64,000 nucleotides of DNA from Bacteroidales bacterium (GCA_032250805.1 JAVVEM010000011.1:9523-73522); one strand, 5' to 3'. Shown: positions 18,302-29,365, counted from the stretch's first letter. Made by a program: numbers and translations. The notes: a model not told the origin generated them from the sequence alone.

Positions 18302-19563
18302 TGGAAACGATGATCTTTTATATTATTATCGCAATACTGGTATTCGACTACCTGCTCGAGCGTTGGCTCGATTACCTTAACAGCACCCGCTGGAGCAATG
18401 AATTGCCGCACGAACTGGAGGGTATTTACGATCCTGAAAAATACCGTAAATCGCAGGATTATACAAAAGTAAATACAAAGTTTTCGTTCTATTATGATAC
18501 GACCTCATTCATTGCCATACTCCTTATGCTGCTGCTCGGCGGCTTTGCCTTTGTCGACCGCCAGGTATGGATGGTGAGTGAGAACCCCATCCTGCAGGCA
18601 TTGATGTTTTTTGGTATTCTTGGTGTTGCTGCAGAACTGCTGTCGATCCCTTTTTCAGTATACGGTACATTTGTTATTGAAGAGCGTTTCGGCTTTAATA
18701 AAACCACGCTGAAGACCTTCATTTTCGACAAGCTTAAGGGATGGCTGCTGGCCATTGTCATTGGTGGAGGCTTGCTTGCGCTGATCGTATACATATTTCA
18801 GGTTTCCGGGCCATGGTTCTGGCTCATCGCCTGGGCGGTTATCAGCGGCTTTATGGTTTTTATGAGTATGTTCTATTCCAATCTTATCGTCCCTTTATTC
18901 AATAAACAAAGTCCGCTGGAAGCCGGCGAACTGCGCGATGCTATTGAAACATTTTCAAAAAAGGTTGGATTTAAATTAAAGAATATCTATGTGATCGACA
19001 ATTCAAAAAGAAGCACAAAAGCGAATGCATATTTTACCGGCCTGGGAGCAAAAAAGAGGATAGTCCTGTACGATACCCTTATACAGGATCATACCACCGA
19101 AGAACTGGTGGCAGTGCTGGCGCATGAGATCGGACATTATAAAAAGAAACATACCAGTAGCAGTATCATTCTGTCGGTTCTGCAAACCGGACTAATGCTG
19201 TATATCCTTTCGCTTTTTATCAATCTGCCGGTATTGTCGGAAGCCCTGGGTGCCGAACAAGCCAGTTTTCATATGGGCCTGATTGCTTTCGGCATACTCT
19301 ATTCGCCGCTTTCGCTTGTTCTTGGCCTGATCACCAATTCCATTTCGCGAAGGAATGAATATGTCGCCGACCGCTTTGCCGGTGAGCGTTACAAGCCCGG
19401 TGCCCTGATCGACGCACTTAAAAAACTGTCGGTAAATAATCTGAGCAACCTGAGGCCCCATCCGGCCTACGTTTTTTTCTATTACTCGCATCCACCATTG
19501 CTTAATCGCCTGGCGGCATTGCGTTCAATAAAAAATGAAGAGCAGGCAACGGGCAAACGCTAG
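18301..19563 (+). CDS. M48 (Ste24/HtpX-like) membrane zinc metalloprotease
   Basis: HEIGH zinc motif, NAYFTG, EYVAD, SHPP. Start placed at the TGATG overlap with the upstream stop (18301). Confidence 0.92.
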   Translation: METMIFYIIIAILVFDYLLERWLDYLNSTRWSNELPHELEGIYDPEKYRKSQDYTKVNTKFSFYYDTTSFIAILLMLLLGGFAFVDRQVWMVSENPILQALMFFGILGVAAELLSIPFSVYGTFVIEERFGFNKTTLKTFIFDKLKGWLLAIVIGGGLLALIVYIFQVSGPWFWLIAWAVISGFMVFMSMFYSNLIVPLFNKQSPLEAGELRDAIETFSKKVGFKLKNIYVIDNSKRSTKANAYFTGLGAKKRIVLYDTLIQDHTTEELVAVLAHEIGHYKKKHTSSSIILSVLQTGLMLYILSLFINLPVLSEALGAEQASFHMGLIAFGILYSPLSLVLGLITNSISRRNEYVADRFAGERYKPGALIDALKKLSVNNLSNLRPHPAYVFFYYSHPPLLNRLAALRSIKNEEQATGKR

Positions 19564-20621
19564 TCGGTGATGCCGAAGAACAAAGCGGGATCGTAGCCTT
19601 TTTCAAAAAGCCGGGTCCTGTATTTTTTGTAAAATGAACGGAGCGAAGCAGTTGTTACCGAGAAAGTAATTCCATATTTGATCTCCTTTTCTGAAACGAG
19701 TTGCAACTCGCCTTCATAGGGGCGCCTGAAGTTCATTTGCGGAAGGTTTTCATTGTTGGCAGGGGACAGGTAATATTTGCCTGTGGCGGCAGAGGATCGC
19801 ACCATGCCAACGATCTCGAAATTCGGAACACCATCTCTCACGGCAATGACCGGTCCGCCGCTGAACCCCTTGTTAAAAACGGCATCGATCAAAAAAGTTC
19901 CTTTCCTGATGCGGTCTGGATCGCTTACAATGCCCCTGGTAATCATGGAATGGCCCAGGGGATAGCCCATAATATAAACAAAACTTCCCCATTCAAGCTC
20001 TTCCGAATGGCCCAGCGGGTAAGTGAGAACATGCAGGGTGGGCCTGGCCGGTTCGCTGACCTGCTTTCCAAGAATAACAATATCGCTTTTGCTGTCGATG
20101 GCCAGCACTTCAAGATTACCGCCTTCGCTCAAGGTGCTGATGCTATTTTGCTGCCTGGCTTTAATGCCAACTAATTCAATATACTTGTTGTTTGGGGATG
20201 GAAAGTAATTGATCACTGTATCCGGGTAATCAACAATGTGGGCGCAACTCAGAAACGCGATGCGCCCGTTGGCATTATAAATGCTGATGGCAGTGCCCCC
20301 GACCGACTCGGTAAAAATACCGCTGATCCCTCCCAGTATGTCGGGTTTTGGGTCTGCCAACCTGAGTTGTTCAAGGGTGATCCTGTCGGCAAGACTGAAG
20401 GTATAGGTTTCGTAGAAAACAAGCACATCAAGCTTTACCAGTGATGAAGCTATTTCTTCGAGCTGTTCCGAACAGTTCCTGTATGGGAACTCACTGTCGT
20501 ACTTGCCATCCGACAAGGTAGGATAAACCGTTTCGTATGTTGTACTTCTGCATGATGCAAGAACAATGATGCTTGCCGCAATGAGAATAAGAAAATTTTG
20601 GTTTCTGATCGACATAAGCAT
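19560..20621 (-). CDS. Trypsin-like (S1) serine protease lipoprotein
   Basis: Lipobox LASC; His in SCAHI, Asp in SDIV, Ser in GFSGGP; GYPLG. Confidence 0.75.
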   Translation of the reverse strand: MLMSIRNQNFLILIAASIIVLASCRSTTYETVYPTLSDGKYDSEFPYRNCSEQLEEIASSLVKLDVLVFYETYTFSLADRITLEQLRLADPKPDILGGISGIFTESVGGTAISIYNANGRIAFLSCAHIVDYPDTVINYFPSPNNKYIELVGIKARQQNSISTLSEGGNLEVLAIDSKSDIVILGKQVSEPARPTLHVLTYPLGHSEELEWGSFVYIMGYPLGHSMITRGIVSDPDRIRKGTFLIDAVFNKGFSGGPVIAVRDGVPNFEIVGMVRSSAATGKYYLSPANNENLPQMNFRRPYEGELQLVSEKEIKYGITFSVTTASLRSFYKKYRTRLFEKGYDPALFFGITD

Positions 20622-20639
20622 GATGTTTGGTGCCTGGCA

Positions 20640-21443
20640 TCAAAGATCGCGTTTTTTTAGGATCAGGTAAGAAAAATAGCCAAATAACATTACGTAAGCA
20701 ATAACGAGCAAGGCATCCCACGGGCTGATATAATCCTGAAATTCAACACCAAACAATCGCATGATGCTGGTATTGGGAATGTCGATAAGGGTGCCGATTG
20801 CTTTTTTTGGAAAGAAATCGCCCACTGTATCAGGTAATTTATACCTGGCAATGGGTTCTACAATATAATAGTAGAGCAGTAGCAGGCCAATGGCAAAGCC
20901 CGACCTCTTTACGAGGATACCTACAAATAAACACATCATGAGAAATGCATAGATCTCAAGGAAATAAGCCAGCAGGAATTCTGTTTTTCCAAAAACTTTT
21001 CCGGCTGTAATACCTTCGGTATACATCAGGCCGAGGATCATCCCGATAATAAATACAAGAATGGTAGCAGCCAGGCTTAACACACCAATGGTGAGGAACT
21101 TACTGCTGATAAAATCCCACCTGCTGAATCCGGTGATTACATTTTGCCGGATGGTTTTATATGAATATTCATTGGTGATTAGGATGATGATCACCACGCC
21201 AAGGAAGATCTTGAAATATCCGGCCACATAAGTCAGGTTGTGCCATATCTCAGGCATGCTGTATGCGCTCATTCCCGGCAGGGGGATGGGGCTTTTCTTG
21301 TTGGCCTCTTGTGCCAGATCATCGATCACTCCCTGTATTCCAAAGAAAAATACAATAATGAGGAGCGCGTAAAGGCCTGTAAGGATCCAGAAAACCCTGC
21401 TGCCGCGTATTTTTTTATATTCTATCTTAAGTAGTCGGATCAT
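20640..21443 (-). CDS. ABC-2 type transporter permease
   Basis: Six hydrophobic segments, EYSYKTIRQ and C-terminal KKRDL; overlaps the ATPase gene by 4 nt. Confidence 0.85.
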   Translation of the reverse strand: MIRLLKIEYKKIRGSRVFWILTGLYALLIIVFFFGIQGVIDDLAQEANKKSPIPLPGMSAYSMPEIWHNLTYVAGYFKIFLGVVIIILITNEYSYKTIRQNVITGFSRWDFISSKFLTIGVLSLAATILVFIIGMILGLMYTEGITAGKVFGKTEFLLAYFLEIYAFLMMCLFVGILVKRSGFAIGLLLLYYYIVEPIARYKLPDTVGDFFPKKAIGTLIDIPNTSIMRLFGVEFQDYISPWDALLVIAYVMLFGYFSYLILKKRDL

Positions 21444-22336
21444 TTCACTTTCATTAATTCAAGAAAATAATTTTCAAGACTTCTTTTTCTTGTCCCCAGG
21501 TGGGTGATACTCAATCCCTTCGAAAAGAGAAACTGATTGAGCTCGCTGCTGCTGTAGCCTTCTTCCAGTTTTACCAGAAATATGTTGTTTTCTTTTTTCA
21601 GTGATTGAACCTTCGCATTATTGTTGAGTTCGTTTTCAAGCAATTGCATATCTTCGGCGCCAACCTCAACAAGTGTTGACGTGTCGAGTATTTCTGATAC
21701 TTTTCCGGTAAAAATGTTTTTACCCTTGTCGAGTACGGCCACATGCGAGCATATTTTCTGTACTTCATCCAGCAGGTGGCTGGCAAGGATGATCGTAATC
21801 CCCCTTTTGGCAATTTTGAGGATTAGTCCGCGAATTTCGGCAATCCCCTGTGGGTCGAGTCCGTTAGTGGGTTCATCGAGGATAAGGACTTTTGGGTCGC
21901 CGATTAGGGCCGCAGCGATGGCCAGGCGTTGTTTCATACCAAGCGAATAGGTGCTGAACTTGCTTTTCTTTCTTTGCGTAAGGTCGACAATATTGAGCAC
22001 CTCCGGAATGCTGTCGTAGGAGCATCCTTTGATGTCGGCAATGATCTTCAGATTGCTTTCACCCGAAAGGTATGGATAAAATATCGGCACCTCAAGTATG
22101 GCTCCTATCGATTTTCTGTTTTCTTTGGCAGGCGGTTTGCCAAACCACGAAAAGCTGCCTGATGTTGGGTTGATCACCGAAAGCACAATACCAAGGGTAG
22201 TGGTCTTGCCGCTGCCATTTGGGCCGAGGATGCCGAAAACTTCTCCATGCCTGACATCGAGCGATAAATTGTCGACAGCCCGGATCTTTCCATAGTGCTT
22301 GGTGAGCTCGTGTATATGCAATACAATATCTTCCAA
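21440..22336 (-). CDS. ABC transporter ATP-binding protein
   Basis: Walker A GPNGSGKT, signature YSLGMKQR, Walker B ILDEPTNG. Confidence 0.93.
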   Translation of the reverse strand: MEDIVLHIHELTKHYGKIRAVDNLSLDVRHGEVFGILGPNGSGKTTTLGIVLSVINPTSGSFSWFGKPPAKENRKSIGAILEVPIFYPYLSGESNLKIIADIKGCSYDSIPEVLNIVDLTQRKKSKFSTYSLGMKQRLAIAAALIGDPKVLILDEPTNGLDPQGIAEIRGLILKIAKRGITIILASHLLDEVQKICSHVAVLDKGKNIFTGKVSEILDTSTLVEVGAEDMQLLENELNNNAKVQSLKKENNIFLVKLEEGYSSSELNQFLFSKGLSITHLGTRKRSLENYFLELMKVK

Positions 22337-22507
22337 AATAAATAAAATGTTTATTGTGATTTCATGACGGATTCAGTACAATAATATAAATATATGACGC
22401 ATAAACCAATCAAAAATTACAAAAAAGTGGCTGATTTTATGAACACTTTTAGATAAAATGTTAACTTCGTAGCAATTATCGACTTATCAAGCATTAAAAA
22501 AAATTAC

Positions 22508-23008
22508 ATGAAGATTGCACCAAACACCGTGGTCTCAATGACCTACACACTTACGGAAAAAGATGCCGAAGGCACAATGATCCAGGAAGTGAATAAAGAC
22601 AAACCTTTTGTATTCCTGTATGGATCGGGATTCCTTTTGCCCAAATTTGAAGAAAATATCCTTGGCCTCGAGCCTGGTGCTGAATATGCATTTCCCCTTC
22701 CCAGCGATGTGGCATATGGCCCGAAACGCGACGATGCTCTGATGGAACTCGATAAGGACATTTTCGAGATCGACGGAAAGATCGATGATAATATTCTTTT
22801 CGTGGGCAATGATATCCCCATGCAGAATGATCAGGGCCAAACCCTTATGGGTAAGGTAATTGATATTGCAGATGATAAGGTAAAAATGGATTTTAATCAC
22901 CCACTGGCCGGACTCGACCTTTATTTTAAGGGCGAGATCGTTGATGTGCGCGAAGCTACTTCCGAAGAGATCGACCACGGCCATGTGCATGGCCCTGACA
23001 GCCATTAA
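22508..23008 (+). CDS. slyD: FKBP-type peptidyl-prolyl isomerase, SlyD-like
   Basis: AYG, DFNHPLAG, VREATSEEIDHGHVH short His tail. Confidence 0.88.
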   Translation: MKIAPNTVVSMTYTLTEKDAEGTMIQEVNKDKPFVFLYGSGFLLPKFEENILGLEPGAEYAFPLPSDVAYGPKRDDALMELDKDIFEIDGKIDDNILFVGNDIPMQNDQGQTLMGKVIDIADDKVKMDFNHPLAGLDLYFKGEIVDVREATSEEIDHGHVHGPDSH

Positions 23009-23028
23009 CATATACGGCTTTTCCTTTA

Positions 23029-23736
23029 TTATTTATACAGCAGAAATACGGCCGGCTGTTTATGTATGCCGGGCTTATGTTTCTGCCATTCTTCCACAGT
23101 TCGTGTTGCGATCATTTCGTCAGCATCGCTAATATTGGCCGCGATGCACAATCGCGTCACGGGATTGCATACTGAGAGGATACTCTCAAGCAATTTCATG
23201 TTCCGGTAGGGGGTTTCAATGAAGATCTGTGTCTGATCGTTTTTGTATGCGTCCTGTTCGATTTTTTTTATCGCCGAAACCCTCTTCTGCTTATCAACGG
23301 GCAGGTATCCATGAAAGGTAAACGACTGGCCATTAAAGCCTGAGGCCATGAGGGCCATAATTATGGATGAAGGACCTGAGACCGGGATCACCTGTATCCC
23401 TTTTGCATGTGCAAGCATGACCAGTGCCGACCCGGGATCTGCTACGCAGGGGACTCCGGCTTCGGATATCAGTCCAACATCATTTCCTTCAATAAGAGGT
23501 TTTATCAGGTGGGGGATATCGGCCAGTTCAGTATGCTCATTGAGTAATTCAAAATGCATGTCGTCAATCACTGCCGAAGGAATAGCCTTTTTGATAAATC
23601 GCCTGGCAGTGCGAACGTCTTCAACCACAAAATGCCTGATGCTGCCAAGGATTTTTGTAATACTTGCCGGCATCACATCCTCAATATTGCCGTTGCCAAT
23701 GGGCGAGGGGATCAGAAAAAGCTTTCCAGGTTCCAT
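23029..23736 (-). CDS. RsmI-like tetrapyrrole-methylase-family SAM-dependent methyltransferase
   Basis: LFLIPSPIG, SEAGVPCVADPG, GPSS, FIETPYRN. Confidence 0.85.
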   Translation of the reverse strand: MEPGKLFLIPSPIGNGNIEDVMPASITKILGSIRHFVVEDVRTARRFIKKAIPSAVIDDMHFELLNEHTELADIPHLIKPLIEGNDVGLISEAGVPCVADPGSALVMLAHAKGIQVIPVSGPSSIIMALMASGFNGQSFTFHGYLPVDKQKRVSAIKKIEQDAYKNDQTQIFIETPYRNMKLLESILSVCNPVTRLCIAANISDADEMIATRTVEEWQKHKPGIHKQPAVFLLYK

Positions 23737-23747
23737 AATCAATATTC

Positions 23748-24704
23748 TTATGCTGTTTCCATCCAGGGCAATTTGTCGAGGTCGATGTTTCCGCCGGATA
23801 AAATGATAGCTGTCTTTTTGCCCTTTACGTCCAGCTTATTTTCTAAAATGGCCGCCAGCGGGACAGCCGATGATGGTTCGACAATGATCTTCATGCGTTC
23901 CCAGATCAGGCGCATGGCCTTTATAATGCCTTCTTCACTAACCGTAACAATGTCATCAACATACGCTCTGATGATGGGATAGGTTAGGCTGCCGAGTGAT
24001 GTAAGCAAGCCGTCGGCAATTGTTTTCGGGTTTTGCGACGGGATAAGCTTACCGGCATAAAACGACCGGTATGCATCATCGGCCATTTCGGGTTCGGCTG
24101 CGATCACCCGGCATGTGTCCGACAGATATTTTGTTGTCAGGGCGGTACCGCTAAGCAGACCGCCTCCGCCAACGGGAGCCATGATGATGTCGGGAATGCC
24201 GGTGGTTTCCAGCAGTTCCAGTGCACAGGTGGCCTGCCCTGCAATAATGGTATAGTTATTATAGGGGTGGATCTCAAGTGCAGCGGTTGCTTCGATTACC
24301 TTTTTGATCGTGTTTTCGCGTGCCTCCAGGGTGGGCTTGCAAAAGGTGATCTTGCCTCCATAGCTTTCAACTCCAGCCACTTTAACTTTAGGCGAAGTTT
24401 CCGGCATAACGATATAGGCTTGTGTTTTCCGCAAGAGTGCCGCCCTGGACAGTGCCTGGGCATGGTTTCCCGATGAATGTGTGCACACGCCTTTTTGTAA
24501 CTGGTCTTCACCAAGAGAAAATACGGCATTACAGGCGCCACGCGATTTAAATGCTCCCGCTTTTTGAAAATTTTCGCATTTAAAAAAGATCTCTGTTCCG
24601 CATATCTCATTAATGGCCTGGCTTGTCAGTACAGGTGTTTTATGGATGTGTGGCCTGATGCGGGCCGCAGCTTCTCTGATCGTTTGGAGGTCGGGCAGGG
24701 GCAT
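23748..24704 (-). CDS. PLP-dependent serine/threonine dehydratase (serine racemase-like)
   Basis: KCENFQKAGAFKSRGA (PLP lysine), SSGNHAQA, PVGGGGL, SGGN. Confidence 0.9.
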   Translation of the reverse strand: MPLPDLQTIREAAARIRPHIHKTPVLTSQAINEICGTEIFFKCENFQKAGAFKSRGACNAVFSLGEDQLQKGVCTHSSGNHAQALSRAALLRKTQAYIVMPETSPKVKVAGVESYGGKITFCKPTLEARENTIKKVIEATAALEIHPYNNYTIIAGQATCALELLETTGIPDIIMAPVGGGGLLSGTALTTKYLSDTCRVIAAEPEMADDAYRSFYAGKLIPSQNPKTIADGLLTSLGSLTYPIIRAYVDDIVTVSEEGIIKAMRLIWERMKIIVEPSSAVPLAAILENKLDVKGKKTAIILSGGNIDLDKLPWMETA

Positions 24705-24778
24705 AGGTTTGTGTAATTACACTGCTAAATTACGAAAAAGCATACATTGAAGATGATATTCAGAGAGGCCGGACGGGA

Positions 24779-25240
24779 TCATCTGATCCTGGCTTTTTCC
24801 AGGATACGGTCGCAGGCACGATCCATCATTTCAAAAACCCTGTCGAAACCATCCTTGCCGCCATAATACGGATCGGGTACTTCGGCATTTGATCCGCTTT
24901 GTACCTGGTTTAATAAAAAGTCGACCTTTTGGCGATCCTGCTCATTTCTTGTAACACGCATCACATCATTGTAATTCATTTCGTCCATCACGTAGATCTT
25001 ATCGTACTTGTCGAAATCTTCAACATCGAACAACCTGGCCACCTTGCTGTTGATGTCGATGTTATGCTTGCTGGCAGTAGCGACCGATCGCGGATCGGGA
25101 GGCTGCCCTTCGTGGTATGGCTCAAACCCTGCCGAGTGTATCGTAGCATCTATGCCTTCTGCTTCGAACTTCTTTTTAAGGATCCCTTCGGCCAGGGGTG
25201 AACGGCAAATATTGCCCAGACAAACAAATAATATTTTCAT
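24779..25240 (-). CDS. Low molecular weight protein-tyrosine phosphatase
   Basis: VCLGNICRSP P-loop and DPYY. Confidence 0.93.
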   Translation of the reverse strand: MKILFVCLGNICRSPLAEGILKKKFEAEGIDATIHSAGFEPYHEGQPPDPRSVATASKHNIDINSKVARLFDVEDFDKYDKIYVMDEMNYNDVMRVTRNEQDRQKVDFLLNQVQSGSNAEVPDPYYGGKDGFDRVFEMMDRACDRILEKARIR

Positions 25241-25293
25241 GAGCGTAACAGAATGGTTTAATTGAAAAATAGTTTGAGGAAATTACAGCCTGA

Positions 25294-26730
25294 TTACATC
25301 TTTATTTTTTTGTCCAGTTCTTCTACATAGATCCTGAACTGCTTATCCGTATCAATGAGGTTATTTACGGTGCGGCAGGCATGCAACACTGTAGCATGGT
25401 CCTTGTTGCCGCAATGTAGTCCGATGGTAGCAAGCGATGACTTTGTATGTTTTTTGGCAAAGAACATGGCCAGTTGCCGTGCCTGCACGATTTCTCTTTT
25501 TCGGGTTTTTGAATTGATTACATCGAGCGAAAGGTTGAAGTAATCGCAAACAACTTTCTGGATGTAGTCGATTGATATCTCCCTGGCCGTACTTTTTACG
25601 AACTTATCGATCATCTGTTTAGCCAACTCAAGGGTGATGGCTTTTTTATTTAGCGATGATTGGGCAAGTATGGAGATCAGCGCTCCTTCAAGCTCTCTTA
25701 CATTGGTGTTTATGCTGTATGCAAGATATTCGAGCACTTCCTGGGGCATTTCAATGCCATCGTTATACAGCCGTTTTTGAAGTATGGCAATGCGTGTTTC
25801 AAAATCGGGCGGTTGAAGGTCGGCAGCAAGGCCCCATTTAAACCTCGACAGCAGGCGGGGCTCCATGCCCTTTAATTCGATAGGTGGCTTGTCGGAAGTG
25901 ATCACAATTTGCTGAATGTTCTGGTGCAGATGGTTGAAAATGTGGAAGAAAACATCCTGGGTTTTCTCTTTCCCTGCAAGGAATTGGATGTCGTCCATGA
26001 TCAGTACATCAATCATCTGATAAAAATGGACAAAATCATTTTGGTTGTTGTTTCGTACCGATTCAATAAATTGTGCGATAAACTGTTCGGTACTCACGTA
26101 GAGCACAGTCTTTTCCGGTGAATTGTTCTTCACCTGTATGCCGATGGCATGTGCCAGGTGTGTCTTTCCCAGGCCAACATCACTGTATATCAGAAGAGGG
26201 TTGAAAGAGGTTTTTCCGGGGTTTTCCGAGACTGCGAAACCTGCCGATCGGGCGAGGCGGTTACAGTCGCCTTCAACAAAGTTTTCAAACGAATAGCTGT
26301 CGACAAGCTGTGAGTTGACCTTGATCTTTTTCAGGCCGGGAATAATAAATGGGTTGGGGATCTCCTTGGCCCCGCTTTTATTAATGTCGATAGGCATGGG
26401 CACTGAAGGATTGTTCACTGCTTTTTTGTTGGAAGTGGGTACCCTGATAGAATAAGGATTTGCTGACTGGAATGAGTTGTCCATGATAATACTGTATTCC
26501 AGCCGACCTTCAGTACCAAGCTCCTTTTTAATGGTTTTTTTCAGGAGGTTGATGTAATGCTCTTCGAGCCATTCATAAAAAAACTGGCTCGGTACCTGTA
26601 TGGTGAGCACGTTGTCCTCAAGCTTCTGTGGCTGGATCGGAACAAACCAGGTTTTATAGCTTTGGTAATGTATATTATCCTTAATGATCTTAAGGCAATT
26701 TTCCCAAACCTCAATGGCATTCTTTTCCAT
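25294..26730 (-). CDS. dnaA: Chromosomal replication initiator DnaA
   Basis: FENFVEG, GLGKTHL, DDIQF, RLLSRF, NVRELEG, DHATVLHA. Start at MEKNAIE. Confidence 0.97.
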   Translation of the reverse strand: MEKNAIEVWENCLKIIKDNIHYQSYKTWFVPIQPQKLEDNVLTIQVPSQFFYEWLEEHYINLLKKTIKKELGTEGRLEYSIIMDNSFQSANPYSIRVPTSNKKAVNNPSVPMPIDINKSGAKEIPNPFIIPGLKKIKVNSQLVDSYSFENFVEGDCNRLARSAGFAVSENPGKTSFNPLLIYSDVGLGKTHLAHAIGIQVKNNSPEKTVLYVSTEQFIAQFIESVRNNNQNDFVHFYQMIDVLIMDDIQFLAGKEKTQDVFFHIFNHLHQNIQQIVITSDKPPIELKGMEPRLLSRFKWGLAADLQPPDFETRIAILQKRLYNDGIEMPQEVLEYLAYSINTNVRELEGALISILAQSSLNKKAITLELAKQMIDKFVKSTAREISIDYIQKVVCDYFNLSLDVINSKTRKREIVQARQLAMFFAKKHTKSSLATIGLHCGNKDHATVLHACRTVNNLIDTDKQFRIYVEELDKKIKM

Positions 26731-27114
26731 CCGCAATCTAAAATATTTTATTGATTTAAGTCTAAGTTTATTCGTATGTGCAGCTTATAAAAGCTGATGT
26801 TCCCGCTCAACCGATCTAATATCTGGTGAAAAATTAATTAACAAATATGAATCAAAAAAAGTTAAAAAAAAACACTTTATGGTATTGACTTATAAAAAAA
26901 AATGTCGTATCTAAATGGGCTTTCGACGGCAAAATTGGTTAGGCATTGATATGCTTCTGATTAACACGATATTGCCAGTGAAGGTAATATTTTTTTTTGT
27001 ATTACACGATTGCTGTCTAAATATTTTTCTTTAAAAAAAAATAATCATTTAAACATTTTTAAATCCTGTTTTATTCGCAGCTAAAATTTAATTAACTTTT
27101 CAGCAAAAATTTGC

Positions 27115-27729
27115 TCAGACTGTTTTTATAAATTTAATGTGCACACCATGGATATGATTGATTTTTTCATAGATCCTGTTGCTGTCGTTTTTTCTTACCT
27201 CGATAGTGAGTTTACATCTGATACGGAAGTCCTGGTCGATCACTTTTAGCGCGTCTTCCTTAACCACCCGCATCACATCATTCATCAGCGGGTACTCATA
27301 GTCAAGTTCGTAAACGTCGTTCACCGTATGATGAATAATTTTTGCCGCACCGAGCGCCTCCCTGGCTGCTGTTTTATAGGCATTGATAAGGCCCGGTACT
27401 CCGAGCTTTGTCCCTCCGAAATACCTTACCACTACCACCAGAACATTCGTGAGATCGAAGGATTGGATCTGACCAAAGATCGGTCTTCCGGCAGTGCCGG
27501 AGGGCTCACCGTCGTCGTTATATCTGTGGGCCGACCTGTCAAAACCAAGCACCCAGGCGTAGCAGTGATGACGGGCTCCGTGGTATTGCTTTTTTACTTC
27601 TTCCAGTTTCTGTTTTACATCTTCTTCAGTCATTACCGGAAAAGCAAGGGCAATAAATTTACTGCCTTTGTCTTTAAACAATCCTTCGCTGCTTCTGTTG
27701 ATGGTATGATAGGTGTCTTCAAATAACAT
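27115..27729 (-). CDS. YigZ/IMPACT family protein
   Basis: KGSKFIA, HHCYAW, DDGEPSGTAG, RYFGGTKLG. Confidence 0.93.
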   Translation of the reverse strand: MLFEDTYHTINRSSEGLFKDKGSKFIALAFPVMTEEDVKQKLEEVKKQYHGARHHCYAWVLGFDRSAHRYNDDGEPSGTAGRPIFGQIQSFDLTNVLVVVVRYFGGTKLGVPGLINAYKTAAREALGAAKIIHHTVNDVYELDYEYPLMNDVMRVVKEDALKVIDQDFRIRCKLTIEVRKNDSNRIYEKINHIHGVHIKFIKTV

Positions 27730-27735
27730 GGGTGT

Positions 27736-28596
27736 TTATGCGTTTGCGATGAGTACAATGGCAAGTATGGCGAGCAGGATTCCTGCGGTGTTTTTTCTGC
27801 TGAGCTTTTCCCTGAATAGAAAAAATCCGGTTAGAGCACTCAGGCTCACAATGCCTGCATTGGTTACCGGGAATACAACGGCACTGTCGTAAATGCCCAT
27901 GGCTTCCATAATGTAATAGGTCGAGCCAAAGTTAAGCAATCCCAGGATGATCCCGGCAAGTACATTTTTAAAGGTGATCTGCGTACGCTTTACTGTTGAA
28001 CGTGAAATGCTGATGGTAAGTCCGATGAGCAGGGCAGTAAGAAATACAACAGAGAGATAAAGAATGAGGTCGTTGCTGCCGGCAACATAATGAAACATCG
28101 AATACTTCATTAAACTGTCGTTAAAGCCATTGCCAAGAAACAACAAGAGCGGCAGGATAATATATTTTTTCGGGAACGAGCTGTTTTTTCCCCTGCCCAG
28201 GGTAAGGTAAAATGCTATGAGAGCAAGACATACGCCCATCCCCGATAGTAAGTTTATCTTTTCATTTAAGAGGATGATCCCTGCAATAACCGGTATTACA
28301 ACCGACATTTTGCTGGCGACAGAAGTGAGGGCTACACCCACTTTCTGACTCGAAAGTGCAAAAATGAAAAAAGTGAAAATGAATGTTACTCCAAGTGCCA
28401 CCGAATAAAAAAACCAGTCGCGGGCAATGATAACGGCAGGTGATAAGCTGCCCCTATAGATCATAAACCCAAATGCTGTGGCAACGATATAGTTTACTGT
28501 GATGGCCTGCCAGTTGTCAACCTTAAACCTGGTAAAGAGCTTCATTACCGCGAAGATGGCAGTCGACTGCAGGATGGTAAGTATCAGGAATATCAT
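27736..28596 (-). CDS. EamA/DMT family transporter
   Basis: About ten TM helices in two repeats, ending LNEK and FREK. Confidence 0.85.
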   Translation of the reverse strand: MIFLILTILQSTAIFAVMKLFTRFKVDNWQAITVNYIVATAFGFMIYRGSLSPAVIIARDWFFYSVALGVTFIFTFFIFALSSQKVGVALTSVASKMSVVIPVIAGIILLNEKINLLSGMGVCLALIAFYLTLGRGKNSSFPKKYIILPLLLFLGNGFNDSLMKYSMFHYVAGSNDLILYLSVVFLTALLIGLTISISRSTVKRTQITFKNVLAGIILGLLNFGSTYYIMEAMGIYDSAVVFPVTNAGIVSLSALTGFFLFREKLSRKNTAGILLAILAIVLIANA

Positions 28597-28612
28597 AAGT
28601 TAACTTGAAAAA

Positions 28613-29365
28613 TTATCCGTTTTTAATGTCGATCAGCCCCGCCATAATGCTTATTGCGATCTCAGCAGGTGTTTCACAATGAATGGGTATTCCGATGGGC
28701 ATGTCTATGTTTTCGATACTGCTTTGGTCCATGCCTCTTATTTCAAAGTTCGCTTTGGCTTCCTTTATTTTTTTATCACTTCCGATCATGCCCAGGTAAG
28801 CATGCTCTTTTTGTGCACAACGGTAGGTTACCTCTTCGTCAGATTCATGCGTGTTGGTCATCACAACAACAAAACATTTTTTATCGAATGATAGTTTTTC
28901 AAGGGCTGTTAAATATGGATCGGTGATTTTTGTAACCCCCTGTATATCGATGATCTCCATCAATTCTTTCCGGTGGTCGATAAGGCTTACTTCAAAGCCA
29001 TAGTTTATGGCAAGTACGGCCACTGCCTGTCCAACATGCCCTGCACCGAAAATATAAAGCCTCTGCCTGGCAGGAAGGGGATCGATAAAGATCTTTGCTT
29101 CACCATACGATCTTCCTTCCTTATCGCTCCCTGCGCTGTATGATCGCAATGTAGTCTTTCCGGATGCGATGCTCTCCAAAGCGTCTTTTACGAGCTGCTT
29201 CTCGAGGATACCCCCACCAACACTGCCAAAGGTCTTTTCGCAGGAAGTAACAATGATCTTGCTGCCTGCCTTGCGCGGCGTCGAACCGTTTGTGTCGATG
29301 ATGGTACACAGGGCTGCTGCTTCGCCTGCATCAGCAAGTTCAAGCATTTTTGCGTAAAGGTTCAT
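28613..29365 (-). CDS. XdhC/CoxI family protein
   Basis: GSTPRKAGSK, GSVGGG, IFGAGHVG, YLGMIGS, PIGIPI..ETPAEIAISI. Confidence 0.9.
   Translation of the reverse strand: MNLYAKMLELADAGEAAALCTIIDTNGSTPRKAGSKIIVTSCEKTFGSVGGGILEKQLVKDALESIASGKTTLRSYSAGSDKEGRSYGEAKIFIDPLPARQRLYIFGAGHVGQAVAVLAINYGFEVSLIDHRKELMEIIDIQGVTKITDPYLTALEKLSFDKKCFVVVMTNTHESDEEVTYRCAQKEHAYLGMIGSDKKIKEAKANFEIRGMDQSSIENIDMPIGIPIHCETPAEIAISIMAGLIDIKNG

Noticed and set aside
26737-27114. AT-rich spacer upstream of dnaA as oriC
   Set aside because: No TTATCCACA-type boxes found on either strand (best are two-mismatch TTATTCGCA-like), and no dnaN or gyrB is adjacent. It reads as a promoter region; GC-skew analysis would be needed.
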